NCBI GenBank assembly: GCA_965220745.1
Contig: CBDCQT010000013.1
Coordinates: 928,001 to 992,000 of the forward strand
Origin: Alphaproteobacteria bacterium
Lineage (GTDB): Bacteria > Pseudomonadota > Alphaproteobacteria > UBA828
Direction of reading: 5' to 3'
Length of the DNA stretch: 64,000 bases
Shown: positions 21,341-31,535 of the stretch, piece after piece
Numbering within the stretch: the first letter of the stretch is position 1
Layout: each line of letters begins with the position of its first letter
Program-made: the position numbers and the translations under genes
The notes under the pieces: generated by a model
Database searches by the model: none
Told to the model about the DNA's origin: nothing
Seen by the model: only the letters and a program-made list of their open reading frames with translations

Positions 21341-23575
21341 ATGGCGCGAATCGCAGGCGAGGCTGAAACGGAGGGCGCGGTCCACCCCGTGCCGCTCGGC
21401 GATGCGCTGAGCGAACGCTATCTCGCCTACGCGCTCTCCACCATCACCGCGCGCTCGCTGCCGGACGTGCGCGACGGGCTCAAGCCGGTCCAGCGCCGCC
21501 TCCTCTACGCCATGCGGGGGCTGAAGCTCGATCCCGACGCGGGCTTCAAGAAGTGCGCGCGGGTCGTGGGCGATGTGATCGGCAAGTATCACCCCCACGG
21601 CGATTCCGCGGTGTACGACGCCCTGGTGCGGCTCGCGCAGACCTTCGCCGCGCGCTACGCGCTGGTCGAGGGGCAGGGCAACTTCGGCAACGTCGATGGC
21701 GATAACGCCGCGGCCATGCGCTACACCGAGGCGCGGCTCACCGAAGTGGCGCAGGCGCTGCTCGACGGCCTCGATGAGGACGCGGTCGACTTCCGCGAGA
21801 CCTACGACGGCGGCGACAGCGAACCGGTGGTGCTGCCGGCGGCCTTCCCCAACCTGCTCGCGAACGGGGCGACGGGAATCGCCGTGGGCCTCGCCACCAG
21901 CATCCCGCCGCACAATGCCGGCGAGCTCTGCGACGCGCTCACCGCACTGCTCAGGGAACCCAAGCTTGCGGACGATGCCCTGGTGGCGCTCGTGCCGGGC
22001 CCGGATTTTCCGACGGGCGGCGTGCTGGTCGAGGACCGTGAGCAGATTGTCGACGCCTACGCGACAGGGCGCGGCGGCTTCCGGGTCCGCGCCCGCTGGG
22101 AGAAGGAGAGCATCGGCCGCGGCCAGTACCAGATCGTGGTCACCGAGATTCCCTATCAGGTGCAGAAGGCGCGCCTGATCGAGCGCATCGCCGAGCTTCT
22201 GCAGGCCCGCAAACTCGCCCTGCTGGCGGACGTGCGGGACGAATCGGCCGAAGACGTGCGCATCGTGCTGGAGCCCAAGAGCCGCACGGTCGAGGCCGAG
22301 CTGCTGATGGAGATGCTGTTCCGCCAGACAGAGCTGGAGACCCGCATCGGACTCAACATGAACGTGCTGGATGCGGCGGGTGTGCCCCGCGTGATGACAC
22401 TGAAGCAGGTGCTGCAGGCGTTTCTCGATCATCGACGCGAGGTCCTGCTGCGGCGCACCGCCCATCGGCTGGCGGCGATCGCCCACCGGCTCGACGTGCT
22501 CGGCGGCTATCTCGTGGCTTACCTCAACCTGGACGAAGTGATCCGCATCGTCCGCGAGGAGGACGAGCCGAAGTCCGCGCTCGTGGCCGCGTTCGGGATC
22601 AACGACGTGCAGGCCGACGCGATCCTCAACATGCGCCTGCGTGCGCTGCGACGCCTCGAGGAAGCGGCGATCAGGCGCGAGCACGAGGCGCTGGAGGCGG
22701 AGCGCGGCCGGCTCGAGAAGCTCGCGAACAGCACGCGCCGGCAGAAGACCGCGCTCGCCGCCGAGATCGCGGAGATCAAGACGCGCTTCGGGCAGGAGAC
22801 CGTGCTCGGCGCGCGGCGAACCGCCATCGGGGAGGCGCCGCTGCCGCAGGAAGTTCCGGTGGAGGCGCTGGTGGAGCGGGAGCCGATCACGGTGATCTGC
22901 TCGGCGAAGGGGTGGATCCGCGCGGTCAAGGGACATGCCGAGGCGGACACGACGGTGCGCTACAAGGATGGCGACCGCGAGCGCTTCCGCTTCCACGCCG
23001 AGACCACGGACAAGCTGCTGCTCTTCGCCACCAATGGGCGCTTCTACACGCTGGCGGCGGATCGGCTGCCCGGCGGCCGGGGCTTCGGCGAGCCGGTGCG
23101 CCTTATGATCGATCTCGGCAACGATCACGAGGCGGTTGCGCTCTTCGCCCACCGGCCCGGCCGGCGGCTATTGGTGGCGGCGAGCGATGGGCGCGGCTTC
23201 TTCGTCCCCGAGGACGACGTGGTGGCGCAGACCCGCACGGGGCGGCAGGTGCTCAACCCGGCGCAGGGGGCGGAGGCTGCGGTCTGTGTCGAGGCGGCCG
23301 GCGACTGGGTCGCGGTCGTCGGCACCAACCGGCGGCTGGTGATCTTCCCGGCTGCCGAGGTGCCGACCATGGCGCGCGGACGCGGCGTGATCCTGCAGCG
23401 CTACCGCGATGCCGCGCTCTCGGACGCGCAGGTGTTCGACGGCGCGGCGGGGCTGCGCTGGCGCTCGGGCACCGGCGTGCGCACCGAGACGGCGCTGGAG
23501 CAATGGCGCGGCAAGCGCGGCCAGGCGGGACGCGCGGCGCCACGCGGCTTCCCCGCTGCAAACCGTTTTCTCTAG
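21341..23575 (+). CDS. parC: DNA topoisomerase IV subunit A
   Basis: [49 protein letters not shown]; QRDR reads HGDSAVYDA. Confidence 0.97.
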   Translation: MARIAGEAETEGAVHPVPLGDALSERYLAYALSTITARSLPDVRDGLKPVQRRLLYAMRGLKLDPDAGFKKCARVVGDVIGKYHPHGDSAVYDALVRLAQTFAARYALVEGQGNFGNVDGDNAAAMRYTEARLTEVAQALLDGLDEDAVDFRETYDGGDSEPVVLPAAFPNLLANGATGIAVGLATSIPPHNAGELCDALTALLREPKLADDALVALVPGPDFPTGGVLVEDREQIVDAYATGRGGFRVRARWEKESIGRGQYQIVVTEIPYQVQKARLIERIAELLQARKLALLADVRDESAEDVRIVLEPKSRTVEAELLMEMLFRQTELETRIGLNMNVLDAAGVPRVMTLKQVLQAFLDHRREVLLRRTAHRLAAIAHRLDVLGGYLVAYLNLDEVIRIVREEDEPKSALVAAFGINDVQADAILNMRLRALRRLEEAAIRREHEALEAERGRLEKLANSTRRQKTALAAEIAEIKTRFGQETVLGARRTAIGEAPLPQEVPVEALVEREPITVICSAKGWIRAVKGHAEADTTVRYKDGDRERFRFHAETTDKLLLFATNGRFYTLAADRLPGGRGFGEPVRLMIDLGNDHEAVALFAHRPGRRLLVAASDGRGFFVPEDDVVAQTRTGRQVLNPAQGAEAAVCVEAAGDWVAVVGTNRRLVIFPAAEVPTMARGRGVILQRYRDAALSDAQVFDGAAGLRWRSGTGVRTETALEQWRGKRGQAGRAAPRGFPAANRFL

Positions 23576-23584
23576 GCGACATCT

Positions 23585-24338
23585 GTGAAGTACGAAAAGA
23601 CCCAACCCGGAAATCCGCATCAACTGACAATTAAACAGCATTGTTTTCCGAAGAAATCAATTGAGAGATTTTGCAACGAGAATGGTGTGGTCGAAGTTTA
23701 CTTGATCGACAAAAACAAAACCGTTCTCATGAAGCCTGACAACGAGATATTCTGCGCACGTAGGGTATGGGATCAGCGTGCGGAAGCGCTATTCATGCAG
23801 GGTATAGAAAATGCATATCAGGATGTTGTAAGCCAATTAGAAGTAGAGGATTGGTCTCGCCGGCTCGGCATTGAGGAAAACCAGACCGTTACAGATATGT
23901 ATTCGCTTTGGCATGTTCGCTGTTGCTGGAAAAATAAGTATCTAAACGATCAAGAATTGCCGGGAGCGCTGCCCGCACGACCGGGGTATTCTCAAGACGA
24001 TAGAGAGGCGCTGGAAAAGAGCAACATGGTGACCTCTATCGACCGTGGTGCAAGTGCCTTTCTGCCCGGTCGTCATATCGCCGGAACCTTGGTTCAAAAC
24101 GATTATGGTCGTGTCAGAAACGCCTTGCGAGGCTATTCGTGGGGAATAGTGCAGAGTGTGTGGAGAATTTATTGTCCCCGACAAAAGCAGTGCTGGACTT
24201 TGCCTGCCTGTTACACCGACGATATATTTTTCCGCTGGACAGGATAATCGTCGAGTCGTCATGAAGTCGGAATTACGCCACATGAATACAGCCCTTAGAT
24301 TAGGCAGTGAACAGTACTACTTTGGCAGAAAGTTGTGA
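23585..24338 (+). pseudogene. Low-GC hypothetical gene (DUF4238-like), frameshifted near 24156-24162
   Basis: ORF 23585-24247 (QHCFPKKSIERF...WGIVQS) continues in the +1 frame (GEFIVPD...LPVTPTI...YYFGRKL*) across a GTGTGTG run; AT-rich codon usage. Confidence 0.65.
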
Positions 24339-24476
24339 GGTTTGTTTAATTCGGATATGACACCTTTCTGCAATGTAGAAGAAGTTGCAGTGGAGTTCTC
24401 AAAGAATAGTTGGGATCGACGCCTGCGAAACTCTTCATTCAGTACTGGACAGCCGTGTTCTCTGGTTGCAAGCGGG

Positions 24477-24647
24477 TCAGAGCGCCGCGTTCGCGCCTGC
24501 AATGAAGTCGGCCGCGTTCGCCGTCCCTACCGTCAGGAACAGAGCTGCCGCGAGACCGACACTCAACGCGAGAAGCAAGAGCCCGAGGCCGTACGAAACT
24601 CTGCGCCTGTTTCTTCGGTCATCGCTCTGAGTGTGCTGCCAAGGCAC
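24477..24647 (-). CDS. Small (56 aa) signal-peptide/single-TM ORF
   Basis: GTG start; MPWQHTQSDDRRNRRRVSYGLGLLLLALSVGLAAALFLTVGTANAADFIAGANAAL*; below the ORF-track length cutoff. Confidence 0.4.
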   Translation of the reverse strand: MPWQHTQSDDRRNRRRVSYGLGLLLLALSVGLAAALFLTVGTANAADFIAGANAAL

Positions 24648-25057
24648 CTTTGCCGATGCTATCGCTGCGCGTGCCGCGCAGGTGCCCTGCGTGCCTACGT
24701 TCCATAAAGGCCGGCTCCCGAGGCGGGCTTCGGCGAGAGCTGCCGCGACTGCTTCATTTTCTCCCGTGCAATCACCGGTCGGCAGCCAGTCAGGGCAACG
24801 AGCTACCCACCGTCAGTCGACAAGCGCGTGGTTCACCTGGTGCAACCGTGTCGAACGACGAGGGTTCCATAAGTTATGCCGAGATTCAATCGAATACGAT
24901 ATGCCAATATATCATAAAGCGCAGCGGTCAAGCTCATATGCACCGCGGGTCATGGCGCGGATTTTCGAGCGTCGCTCCACGCACCGACCCGAAACACGTC
25001 GTTATGAAAGCTGAGGTGCCCGCTGAACGGTGGGAGGGCGCGTCCTCTGACGGTGGT

Positions 25058-25741
25058 TCAGCCCTCCAAGAGGCTCAGCGCATGGGCGAGGGGCGGGGCC
25101 TCGCGCCAGGGAGCGGGGGAGTGGCAGAGACGCGGCACATGCGCGATGGGTAGCGGCCCCGCGTGCCTGGCGATGGCTTCCGCCGTCTCAGCCGGGGGCA
25201 CCGGGCTCTCCGGCGATTCGCTGATGACGAGACCGGCGACCTCGATGCCGCGCCCGCGTATGGCCGCGAGCGTGGTCAGCGTGTGGCTGATGGTGCCGAG
25301 GTAGCTGCCCGCCACCACCAGCGCCGGCGCGCGGAGTTCTGCGATCCAGTCGAGCACGGTGTGGTCGTCGTTGAGCGGCACCATGGCACCGCCGATGCCC
25401 TCGACCAGCAGCGGGTCGCCCTCAGCCGCGCGACAGAAGGCGACGATGTCCGCGAGGTCGAGGCGGCGCCCCTCGCGGGCCGCGGCCATGTCGGGCGAGA
25501 GCGGGGCGGCGAAGCGCCAGGGCGTGATCTCGGCGACGGCCTCCTCGGTCACGGCTTCGCCCAAACTCGCGAGGAGAACGCCGGGGTCGCTCTCTGCAAG
25601 CGTCGCCGGGTCGTAGCCGCTGAGAACCGGCTTGAGCGCGCGGACGGGCCGGCCCGCGGCGCGAAGCTGGTGACAAAGGGCGGCCGCGACCAGTGTCTTG
25701 CCGATCTCGGTGCCCGTGGCGGTAACGAAAAGCGTGCTCAT
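25058..25741 (-). CDS. bioD: Dethiobiotin synthase
   Basis: FVTATGTEIGKT, LKPVLSG, PLSPDMAA, LVEGIGG, YLGTISHT; ATGA overlap with bioF. Confidence 0.95.
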   Translation of the reverse strand: MSTLFVTATGTEIGKTLVAAALCHQLRAAGRPVRALKPVLSGYDPATLAESDPGVLLASLGEAVTEEAVAEITPWRFAAPLSPDMAAAREGRRLDLADIVAFCRAAEGDPLLVEGIGGAMVPLNDDHTVLDWIAELRAPALVVAGSYLGTISHTLTTLAAIRGRGIEVAGLVISESPESPVPPAETAEAIARHAGPLPIAHVPRLCHSPAPWREAPPLAHALSLLEG

Positions 25742-26907
25742 CGCTCGTCCCGGTCCAGAATGCGTTCGCGAACGATGTCCGCCAGCCGCTCGATATCGTC
25801 GTCGTCGTGGCCGGCGCTGAAGGTGAGGCGGAGCCGCGCCGTGCCCTCCGGCACCGTCGGCGGCCGGATCGCCGTGACGAGATAGCCCTCGTCCTCCAGC
25901 AGCCGCGAGGCCCCGAGTGCGCGCTGCGGCGCGCCGAGCAGGATGGGCACGATGCAGCTTTCCGGCGTCGGCAGGTTGAGACGCGTGCAGAAGAGCGACG
26001 CCTTGCGCAGCGGCGCCGCGACCAGGGGGGGATCGTTTGCAATCAGGTCGAGGGCCGCGATGCTGGCTGCGACCACGCCGGGCGGCAGCCCGGTGGAGTA
26101 GATGAAGGGCCGCGCGCGGGTACGGATGAGGTCGATCACCGGCTGCGAGGCGCAGAGATAGCCGCCGTAGCTGCCGACCGCCTTCGACAGCGTGCCCATC
26201 TGCAGCGGTACCTCGACCTTCGCGCCGCCGACGAAGCTCGACCCGCGCCCGCCGCCGACCACGCCGATGCCGTGGGCATCGTCGGTCATCAGCCATGCGT
26301 CGTGGGCCGCCGCGATCTCGGCCAGCGCCGCGACCGGCGCGAGGTCGCCGTCCATGCTGAACACGCCATCGGTGAGCAGCAACGCGCGCTCGTGGCCGGC
26401 GCGGTGTTCAGCTAGCAGGGTTTCCACGTGGTCGAGATCGTTGTGCCGGAAAATCTCGACGCGCGACTGCGAGAGCGCCGCGCCCGCGCGCAGACACGCG
26501 TGGCTCAGCTCGTCGGCCACGATCAGGTCGCCGGCACCGACGAGGCTCGGAACGATGCCGAGATTGGCGAGGTAGCCCGAGCCGAAGACGCAGGCGTCTT
26601 CGGTGCCCTTGAGGCGGGCGAGACGGCGTTCCAGCGCGGCGAAGAGGGGATGGTTGCCGGTGACAAGCCGCGACGCGCCGGCGCCGGCGCCCCAGCGCTC
26701 GGTGGCTTCGACAGCGGCCCGCTTGACCGCCGGGTGCTGCGACAGGTTGAGGTAGTCGTTGCTGCAGAAAGAGATCAGCGTTCGCCCGTTCCGCTTCACA
26801 CTGACCGGCCCGCACGGCGCGGTCTCGTGGACGGTGCGGCGCAACTGCCGCTCTGCCAGAGCGGCGAGCTTGTCCTCGGCGAAGCGTTCGAGCGTATCCA
26901 TGCGCAT
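25738..26907 (-). CDS. bioF: 8-amino-7-oxononanoate synthase
   Basis: FCSNDYL, GAGASRLVTG, SGYLAN, FSMDGD, DDAHG, GTLSKA, IRPPTVP. Confidence 0.95.
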   Translation of the reverse strand: MRMDTLERFAEDKLAALAERQLRRTVHETAPCGPVSVKRNGRTLISFCSNDYLNLSQHPAVKRAAVEATERWGAGAGASRLVTGNHPLFAALERRLARLKGTEDACVFGSGYLANLGIVPSLVGAGDLIVADELSHACLRAGAALSQSRVEIFRHNDLDHVETLLAEHRAGHERALLLTDGVFSMDGDLAPVAALAEIAAAHDAWLMTDDAHGIGVVGGGRGSSFVGGAKVEVPLQMGTLSKAVGSYGGYLCASQPVIDLIRTRARPFIYSTGLPPGVVAASIAALDLIANDPPLVAAPLRKASLFCTRLNLPTPESCIVPILLGAPQRALGASRLLEDEGYLVTAIRPPTVPEGTARLRLTFSAGHDDDDIERLADIVRERILDRDER

Positions 26908-26943
26908 TCCCGCGCCGAGGCGGCGGTGCCGCGCGCGTGGCGG

Positions 26944-28350
26944 CTAGAGCTCGCCTTCCCGGCGCAACATGCGGATGGTCTCGCGGAAGGCGTCGACGGT
27001 GACGGGGAGATCGTCCGCCGTGTTGGCGGCCGAGGTCATGCCGCCGGGCCAGCCCTGGATGTCCACGCCGTTCACCAGCAGGCCCAAGCGGATCTTGTTG
27101 ACGAGCGCCGGCGGGCGGTCCTTGAGCTCGGCGTAGTCGATCTCGAGCGGATCGAAAGTCGACGGCGTGATCGCGCGTCCGCGCGGGTTCATGAAGAGGT
27201 GGAACGAGGAGAAGGTGCCGTAGACCGACCAGGGGACGCTTTCATCCTCCAGCACCCCGTTGAGCCCGGCCCGAAGCTCGGCGCCGAAGGCCGACGCCCG
27301 CTCGCACGCGTCCGAATCCCGCACGATCTCAAGCGCGGCCGTGCCGGCGGCGGCGGAGACGGGGTTCGCGTTGAAGGTGCCGGGGTGGAAGATCTTCTCG
27401 CGGCCGCTTGCCTTGGTCTCGTAGAAGTCCAGGTCGTCGAGAATCTCCTTGCGCCCGGCCACGGCCCCGCCCGGCAGGCCGCCGGCGATGATCTTGGCGT
27501 GGGTGCTCATGTCGGGCGTGACGCCGAAATACCCCTGCGCGCCACCGGGAGCGACGCGAAAGCCGGTAATCACCTCGTCGAAGATCAGCACCACGCCGTG
27601 ATTCGCCGTGAGCTCCCGCAGGAAGCTCAGAAACTCGAACGCGTGGGGCACGAGCCCGAAGGAGCCGCCGGTCGGCTCCAGAATCGCGGCGGCGATATCG
27701 TCGTTGGCCTCGAAGGCGGTGCGCGCGGCCTCCTTGTCGCCGGGCGGCAGCAGGATCACCTGGGACGCGAGGTCCGGAAGCACGCCGGTCGTTGGCGAAC
27801 CGTCGAAATGCGAGATGTAGCCGGAGGTCATGTGGTCGTGCCAGCCGTGGAAGTGGCCCTTGAAACGCACGATCTTGTGCTTGCCGGTATGCGCGCGGGC
27901 CAGGCGGAGGGCCATGTGCGTCGCCTCGGTGCCGGAGGAGGTGAAGCGCACCCGCTCCGCGCACGGCACCATCTCGCGCACGATCTGCGCCCAGCGCACC
28001 TCGCGCTCGTGGTTGGCGCCGGGATGCGTGCCGTCCGGCAGCGCCTCCTGGATCGCGGCGACCACCTCCGGCCGGCCGTGGCCGAGCAACAGGGCGCCGT
28101 GGCCGCCGGCGTAGTCGACATACTCGTTGTCGTCCCGGTCCCACTTGCGCGAGCCCTCGGCCCGCGTGACGTAGATGCCGTAGGGCTGCATGTGGCGCGC
28201 ATCGTGGACGATGCCGGAGGGCAGGATGTCCCTGGCCTCGGATGCGAGCGCCGCCGAGCCGGGCGTCTTCGTCAGGTAGGCCTGAACGATCCCGGAGTTG
28301 GAGGCGAGCAGGTCGGCGCTCGCCGCCGCCTGTGATGTTGCCGTGTTCAT
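26944..28350 (-). CDS. Class III aminotransferase, glutamate-1-semialdehyde aminomutase (HemL)-like
   Basis: RFTSSGTEAT, FKGHFHGWHD, LIFDEVITGFR, AKIIAGGLPGG, GTFNANP. Confidence 0.85.
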   Translation of the reverse strand: MNTATSQAAASADLLASNSGIVQAYLTKTPGSAALASEARDILPSGIVHDARHMQPYGIYVTRAEGSRKWDRDDNEYVDYAGGHGALLLGHGRPEVVAAIQEALPDGTHPGANHEREVRWAQIVREMVPCAERVRFTSSGTEATHMALRLARAHTGKHKIVRFKGHFHGWHDHMTSGYISHFDGSPTTGVLPDLASQVILLPPGDKEAARTAFEANDDIAAAILEPTGGSFGLVPHAFEFLSFLRELTANHGVVLIFDEVITGFRVAPGGAQGYFGVTPDMSTHAKIIAGGLPGGAVAGRKEILDDLDFYETKASGREKIFHPGTFNANPVSAAAGTAALEIVRDSDACERASAFGAELRAGLNGVLEDESVPWSVYGTFSSFHLFMNPRGRAITPSTFDPLEIDYAELKDRPPALVNKIRLGLLVNGVDIQGWPGGMTSAANTADDLPVTVDAFRETIRMLRREGEL

Positions 28351-28358
28351 GTCCTGTC

Positions 28359-29081
28359 CTATTCGATGTAGGGATCGACCGCGTCGCGCACGGCCTTGGC
28401 GACCGCGACGGCGCCCGGCGTATCCGAATGGACGCAGATCGTCTCCGCCTTGGTCGGCACGTCCTTGCCGTTGACCGAGCGGATTACGCCGTCCTTCACC
28501 ACGCGCATGATCTGCGCCACCGCCTGTTCCGGCGCCACGGACTTGTGCTCGCGCGTGATGATGCAGCGGCCCTCGTCGTCATAGTCGAGGTCGGCGAAGA
28601 TCTCCCACACGACATCCGCGTACTTGGGCCAGATGGTCTCGTGCATGGTGCCGGTGGTGCCGTACATGGGCACGCCGAAGACCTGTGCCGCCTCGGCGCA
28701 CGCGGTGGCCACGTCTTCGTCGATCCAGGCGGCGCCGTAGAGTGCACCGTGGGGCTTCAGGTGGTTGAGTGTCATCCCCTCCATTTCGAGAAAACCCTTC
28801 AGTGCGCCGCATTGATAGATGATGGCGTCGCGCAGCTCCTTGCGATCCATCTTCATGTAGCGCCGCCCGAAGCCGTCCCGGTCGGGGAACGACGGGTGAG
28901 CCCCCACCTTCACGCCGTGCTTCTTGGCGAGCACGACGGTTTCGTGCATCACGCCGGGGTCCGAGGCATGGAAACCGCAGGCGACGTTGGCCGAGGTGAT
29001 GTAGGGCATGATCGCCTCGTCGTCGCCGCAGGTGTAGATGCTGTAGGCCTCGCCCATGTCGCAGTTGATGTCGATCCCCAT
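28359..29081 (-). CDS. pxpA: LamB/YcsF family protein (5-oxoprolinase subunit A-like)
   Basis: IDINCDMGE, ANVACGFHA, GAHPSFPD, HLKPHGALY, TICVHSDTPGA. Confidence 0.88.
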   Translation of the reverse strand: MGIDINCDMGEAYSIYTCGDDEAIMPYITSANVACGFHASDPGVMHETVVLAKKHGVKVGAHPSFPDRDGFGRRYMKMDRKELRDAIIYQCGALKGFLEMEGMTLNHLKPHGALYGAAWIDEDVATACAEAAQVFGVPMYGTTGTMHETIWPKYADVVWEIFADLDYDDEGRCIITREHKSVAPEQAVAQIMRVVKDGVIRSVNGKDVPTKAETICVHSDTPGAVAVAKAVRDAVDPYIE

Positions 29082-29291
29082 GGTCTCCCCCTGCCGTTCC
29101 GTCGCCTCTCCGCCCTCAGTCACGGGTGAGTAACGAGGACTGTCCGTCAAACGTAGCAGGATTGTTTCCCAATCTCGATTCCGTAGCCGTCGACCGTAGC
29201 CGGCGACCTTGCCGAGTCCTGTGGCGGCCCCGTGGCTTTTCGCTCTGTGGCCGTGTGGTTATATGGCGAACGAGTCGGACCCCGAGTCGCA

Positions 29292-30104
29292 ATGAATGCG
29301 CCTGCCGATGCCGTGACCAAGATTGGTCGTCGAGTGACGCGTGAACTCGACCGGTTGAAGAAGTATCGACTGGCGGCCGGACTCCTTTCCTTCGCCAGCC
29401 TCGTGCTCGGCACGCTTCGCGATCTGGCGCCGATCATCGCCGTGGTCGCAGTATTCCAGGTCGCGATCCTGCGCCAACCCTTCCCCGATCTTGGCGGCAT
29501 CGTCGGCGGTCTCGTGCTCGTAATGCTTGGGCTCGCGCTCTTCATCAAGGGCCTGGAGATGGGCCTCTTCCCGCTCGGCGAGGGTCTGGCCCAGGGGTTT
29601 GCCCAAAAGGGGAGCCTGTTCTGGCTTCTCGTCTTCGCCTTCGCGCTCGGCTTCGGAACTACCGTCGCGGAGCCTGCGCTGATCGCCGTCACGGCGGAGG
29701 CCGCCCGGGTCGCCGCCGACGCCGGAGTCGTCGCGGCCAATGCGGACGCCATGGACTCCTATGCCCTCGGGCTACGCTACACGGTCGCCGTCTCGGTCGG
29801 CGTCGGTATCACGCTCGGTGTGCTCCGTATCCTCAAGGGCTGGCCGCTCCACTACTGGATCATCGGCGGCTACATCATCGCCGTCGGCCTCACCTTCATC
29901 GCGCCCGACGAGATCGTCGGCATCGCCTACGATTCCGGCGGGGTCACGACGTCCACCATCACCGTGCCCATGGTGACGGCCCTCGGCGTCGGCCTGGCCG
30001 CGTCGATCCGCGGGCGCAACCCGCTGGTCGACGGCTTCGGGCTCATCGCCTACGCGAGCCTCACGCCCATCATCTTCGTGCTCATCTTCGGCATGGTGAC
30101 TTAG
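29292..30104 (+). CDS. DUF1538 family membrane protein (subunit 1)
   Basis: [39 protein letters not shown]. Confidence 0.85.
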   Translation: MNAPADAVTKIGRRVTRELDRLKKYRLAAGLLSFASLVLGTLRDLAPIIAVVAVFQVAILRQPFPDLGGIVGGLVLVMLGLALFIKGLEMGLFPLGEGLAQGFAQKGSLFWLLVFAFALGFGTTVAEPALIAVTAEAARVAADAGVVAANADAMDSYALGLRYTVAVSVGVGITLGVLRILKGWPLHYWIIGGYIIAVGLTFIAPDEIVGIAYDSGGVTTSTITVPMVTALGVGLAASIRGRNPLVDGFGLIAYASLTPIIFVLIFGMVT

Positions 30105-30115
30105 GGCGCGGCGCG

Positions 30116-30358
30116 ATGGAGTTGATCTCTCTCATACTGTCCGCCGGCCTCGATACGGTGCAGGACGTTGCCCCGCTGGTCGCTGCACTCGGCCTCGGCC
30201 TTGCCGCCAATGTGCCTGGGCGAAGCCCTCTGTTCGACGGCTTCGGACCCATCGCCTTCGCCAGCGTGTTCCCAATCATTGCCGTGCTGGGCTACGCCCA
30301 GCTCTCGTCGGCGCTTGAGAGTGCTCAAGAGCGCCGCCGCAGGCGTGGTCGCGCCTGA
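30116..30358 (+). pseudogene. Internally deleted DUF1538 mini-paralog (80 aa, frame intact)
   Basis: N-terminal ~18 aa (GLDTVQDV) joined directly to the C-terminal PLVAALGLGLAANVPGRSP...DGFG segment of the downstream paralog. Confidence 0.75.
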
Positions 30359-30392
30359 TGCGGATGCTCATCACGGCCTTCCGAGGTGCGGC

Positions 30393-31181
30393 ATGGTAGA
30401 CATTCTTGTCGTTCTGCCATCCGTCGGCCTCGATACGGTGCGCGACATCGTGCCGCTGCTCGCCATCGTGCTGTTCTTCCAGATCGTCGTCCTGCGCCAG
30501 CGCCCGGCGAATCTCGGTCGGATCGTGGTCGGCTTCGTCTATGTCGTCGTCGGACTCGTGCTGTTCCTCATCGGGCTGGAAGAGGCGCTCTTCCCTCTCG
30601 GCAAGACGATGGCCGCCCAACTGACCGACCCGGCCTTCCTCGGCCTTGCGGCGGGCGCTACCGCTCATTGGCTCGACTATGGCTGGATCTACGCCTTCGC
30701 GGCGGCCATCGGCTTCGGCACCACCATCGCGGAGCCGTCGCTCATGGCCGTTGCGCGCAAGGCCGGCGCCGTCTCGGGCGGGACGATCAACCCCTGGGGT
30801 CTAAGGATTGCCGTTGCCGCGGGCGTTGCCGTCGGCGTCGGGGTGGGGACCGTCCGCATCGTCACCGGGATACCGCTCCACTATCTGTTCATGGGCGCCT
30901 ATGCGCTCGTGATCCTGCTGACGATCTTCGCCTCGCGCAGCATCATCGCGCTCGCCTACGATTCGGGCGGCGTCACGTCGTCGACCGTGACCGTGCCGCT
31001 GGTGGCCGCCTTGGGGCTCGGCCTCGCCGCCAACGTGCCGGGGCGCAGCCCAATGCTCGATGGCTTCGGCCTTATCGCGTTCGCATGTGTGTTTGCCGTC
31101 ATCGCTGTGCTGGGGTTTACCCAGCTTTCGTCGGCGCTCGCCGCCCTGCGCAAGCGCCGATCATCCGGGAAAGGAACCTGA
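30393..31181 (+). CDS. DUF1538 family membrane protein (subunit 2)
   Basis: [44 protein letters not shown]; start reassigned to ATG 30393. Confidence 0.85.
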   Translation: MVDILVVLPSVGLDTVRDIVPLLAIVLFFQIVVLRQRPANLGRIVVGFVYVVVGLVLFLIGLEEALFPLGKTMAAQLTDPAFLGLAAGATAHWLDYGWIYAFAAAIGFGTTIAEPSLMAVARKAGAVSGGTINPWGLRIAVAAGVAVGVGVGTVRIVTGIPLHYLFMGAYALVILLTIFASRSIIALAYDSGGVTSSTVTVPLVAALGLGLAANVPGRSPMLDGFGLIAFACVFAVIAVLGFTQLSSALAALRKRRSSGKGT

Positions 31182-31184
31182 ACG

Positions 31185-31535
31185 ATGCGTTTCAAGCTCA
31201 TCATGGCGCTCGTGGATTCGGGCGAGACCGATGCCGTTCTCGCCGCCGGCCGTCGCACCGGGGCGACCGGTGCTACAATCATCACCGGCTGCCGCGGCGA
31301 GGGGCTCGAGCCGCAGCAAACCTTTCTCGGCTTGCGGCTGACTGGCCAGCGCGACATCGTGATGTTCCTCGTGGAAGAGCATATGAGCCGCAACGTCCTT
31401 GAGGAGATTGCGACGGCCGGGGCCTTCGAGGAGAAGTCAGGGACGGGGATCGCGTTCCAGATTGCCATCGAAGACGCGATCGGCCTTTCCCATCAGATCG
31501 CCGAGATCAAGCACGAGATCGAGGACCAGATATGA
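31185..31535 (+). CDS. P-II family (non-canonical) signal transduction protein
   Basis: MRFKLIMALV, GATGATII, RGEG, GTGIAF (B-loop-like), EDAIGL. Confidence 0.85.
   Translation: MRFKLIMALVDSGETDAVLAAGRRTGATGATIITGCRGEGLEPQQTFLGLRLTGQRDIVMFLVEEHMSRNVLEEIATAGAFEEKSGTGIAFQIAIEDAIGLSHQIAEIKHEIEDQI

Noticed and set aside
24342-25153. Several + strand ORFs between the islet and bioD
   Set aside because: Mutually overlapping, with no SD, motifs or coding-like composition.
26944-28350. Naming the aminotransferase hemL or bioA
   Set aside because: It is a GSAM-like subfamily member but divergent from true HemL and lacks BioA signatures, so it was left without a symbol.
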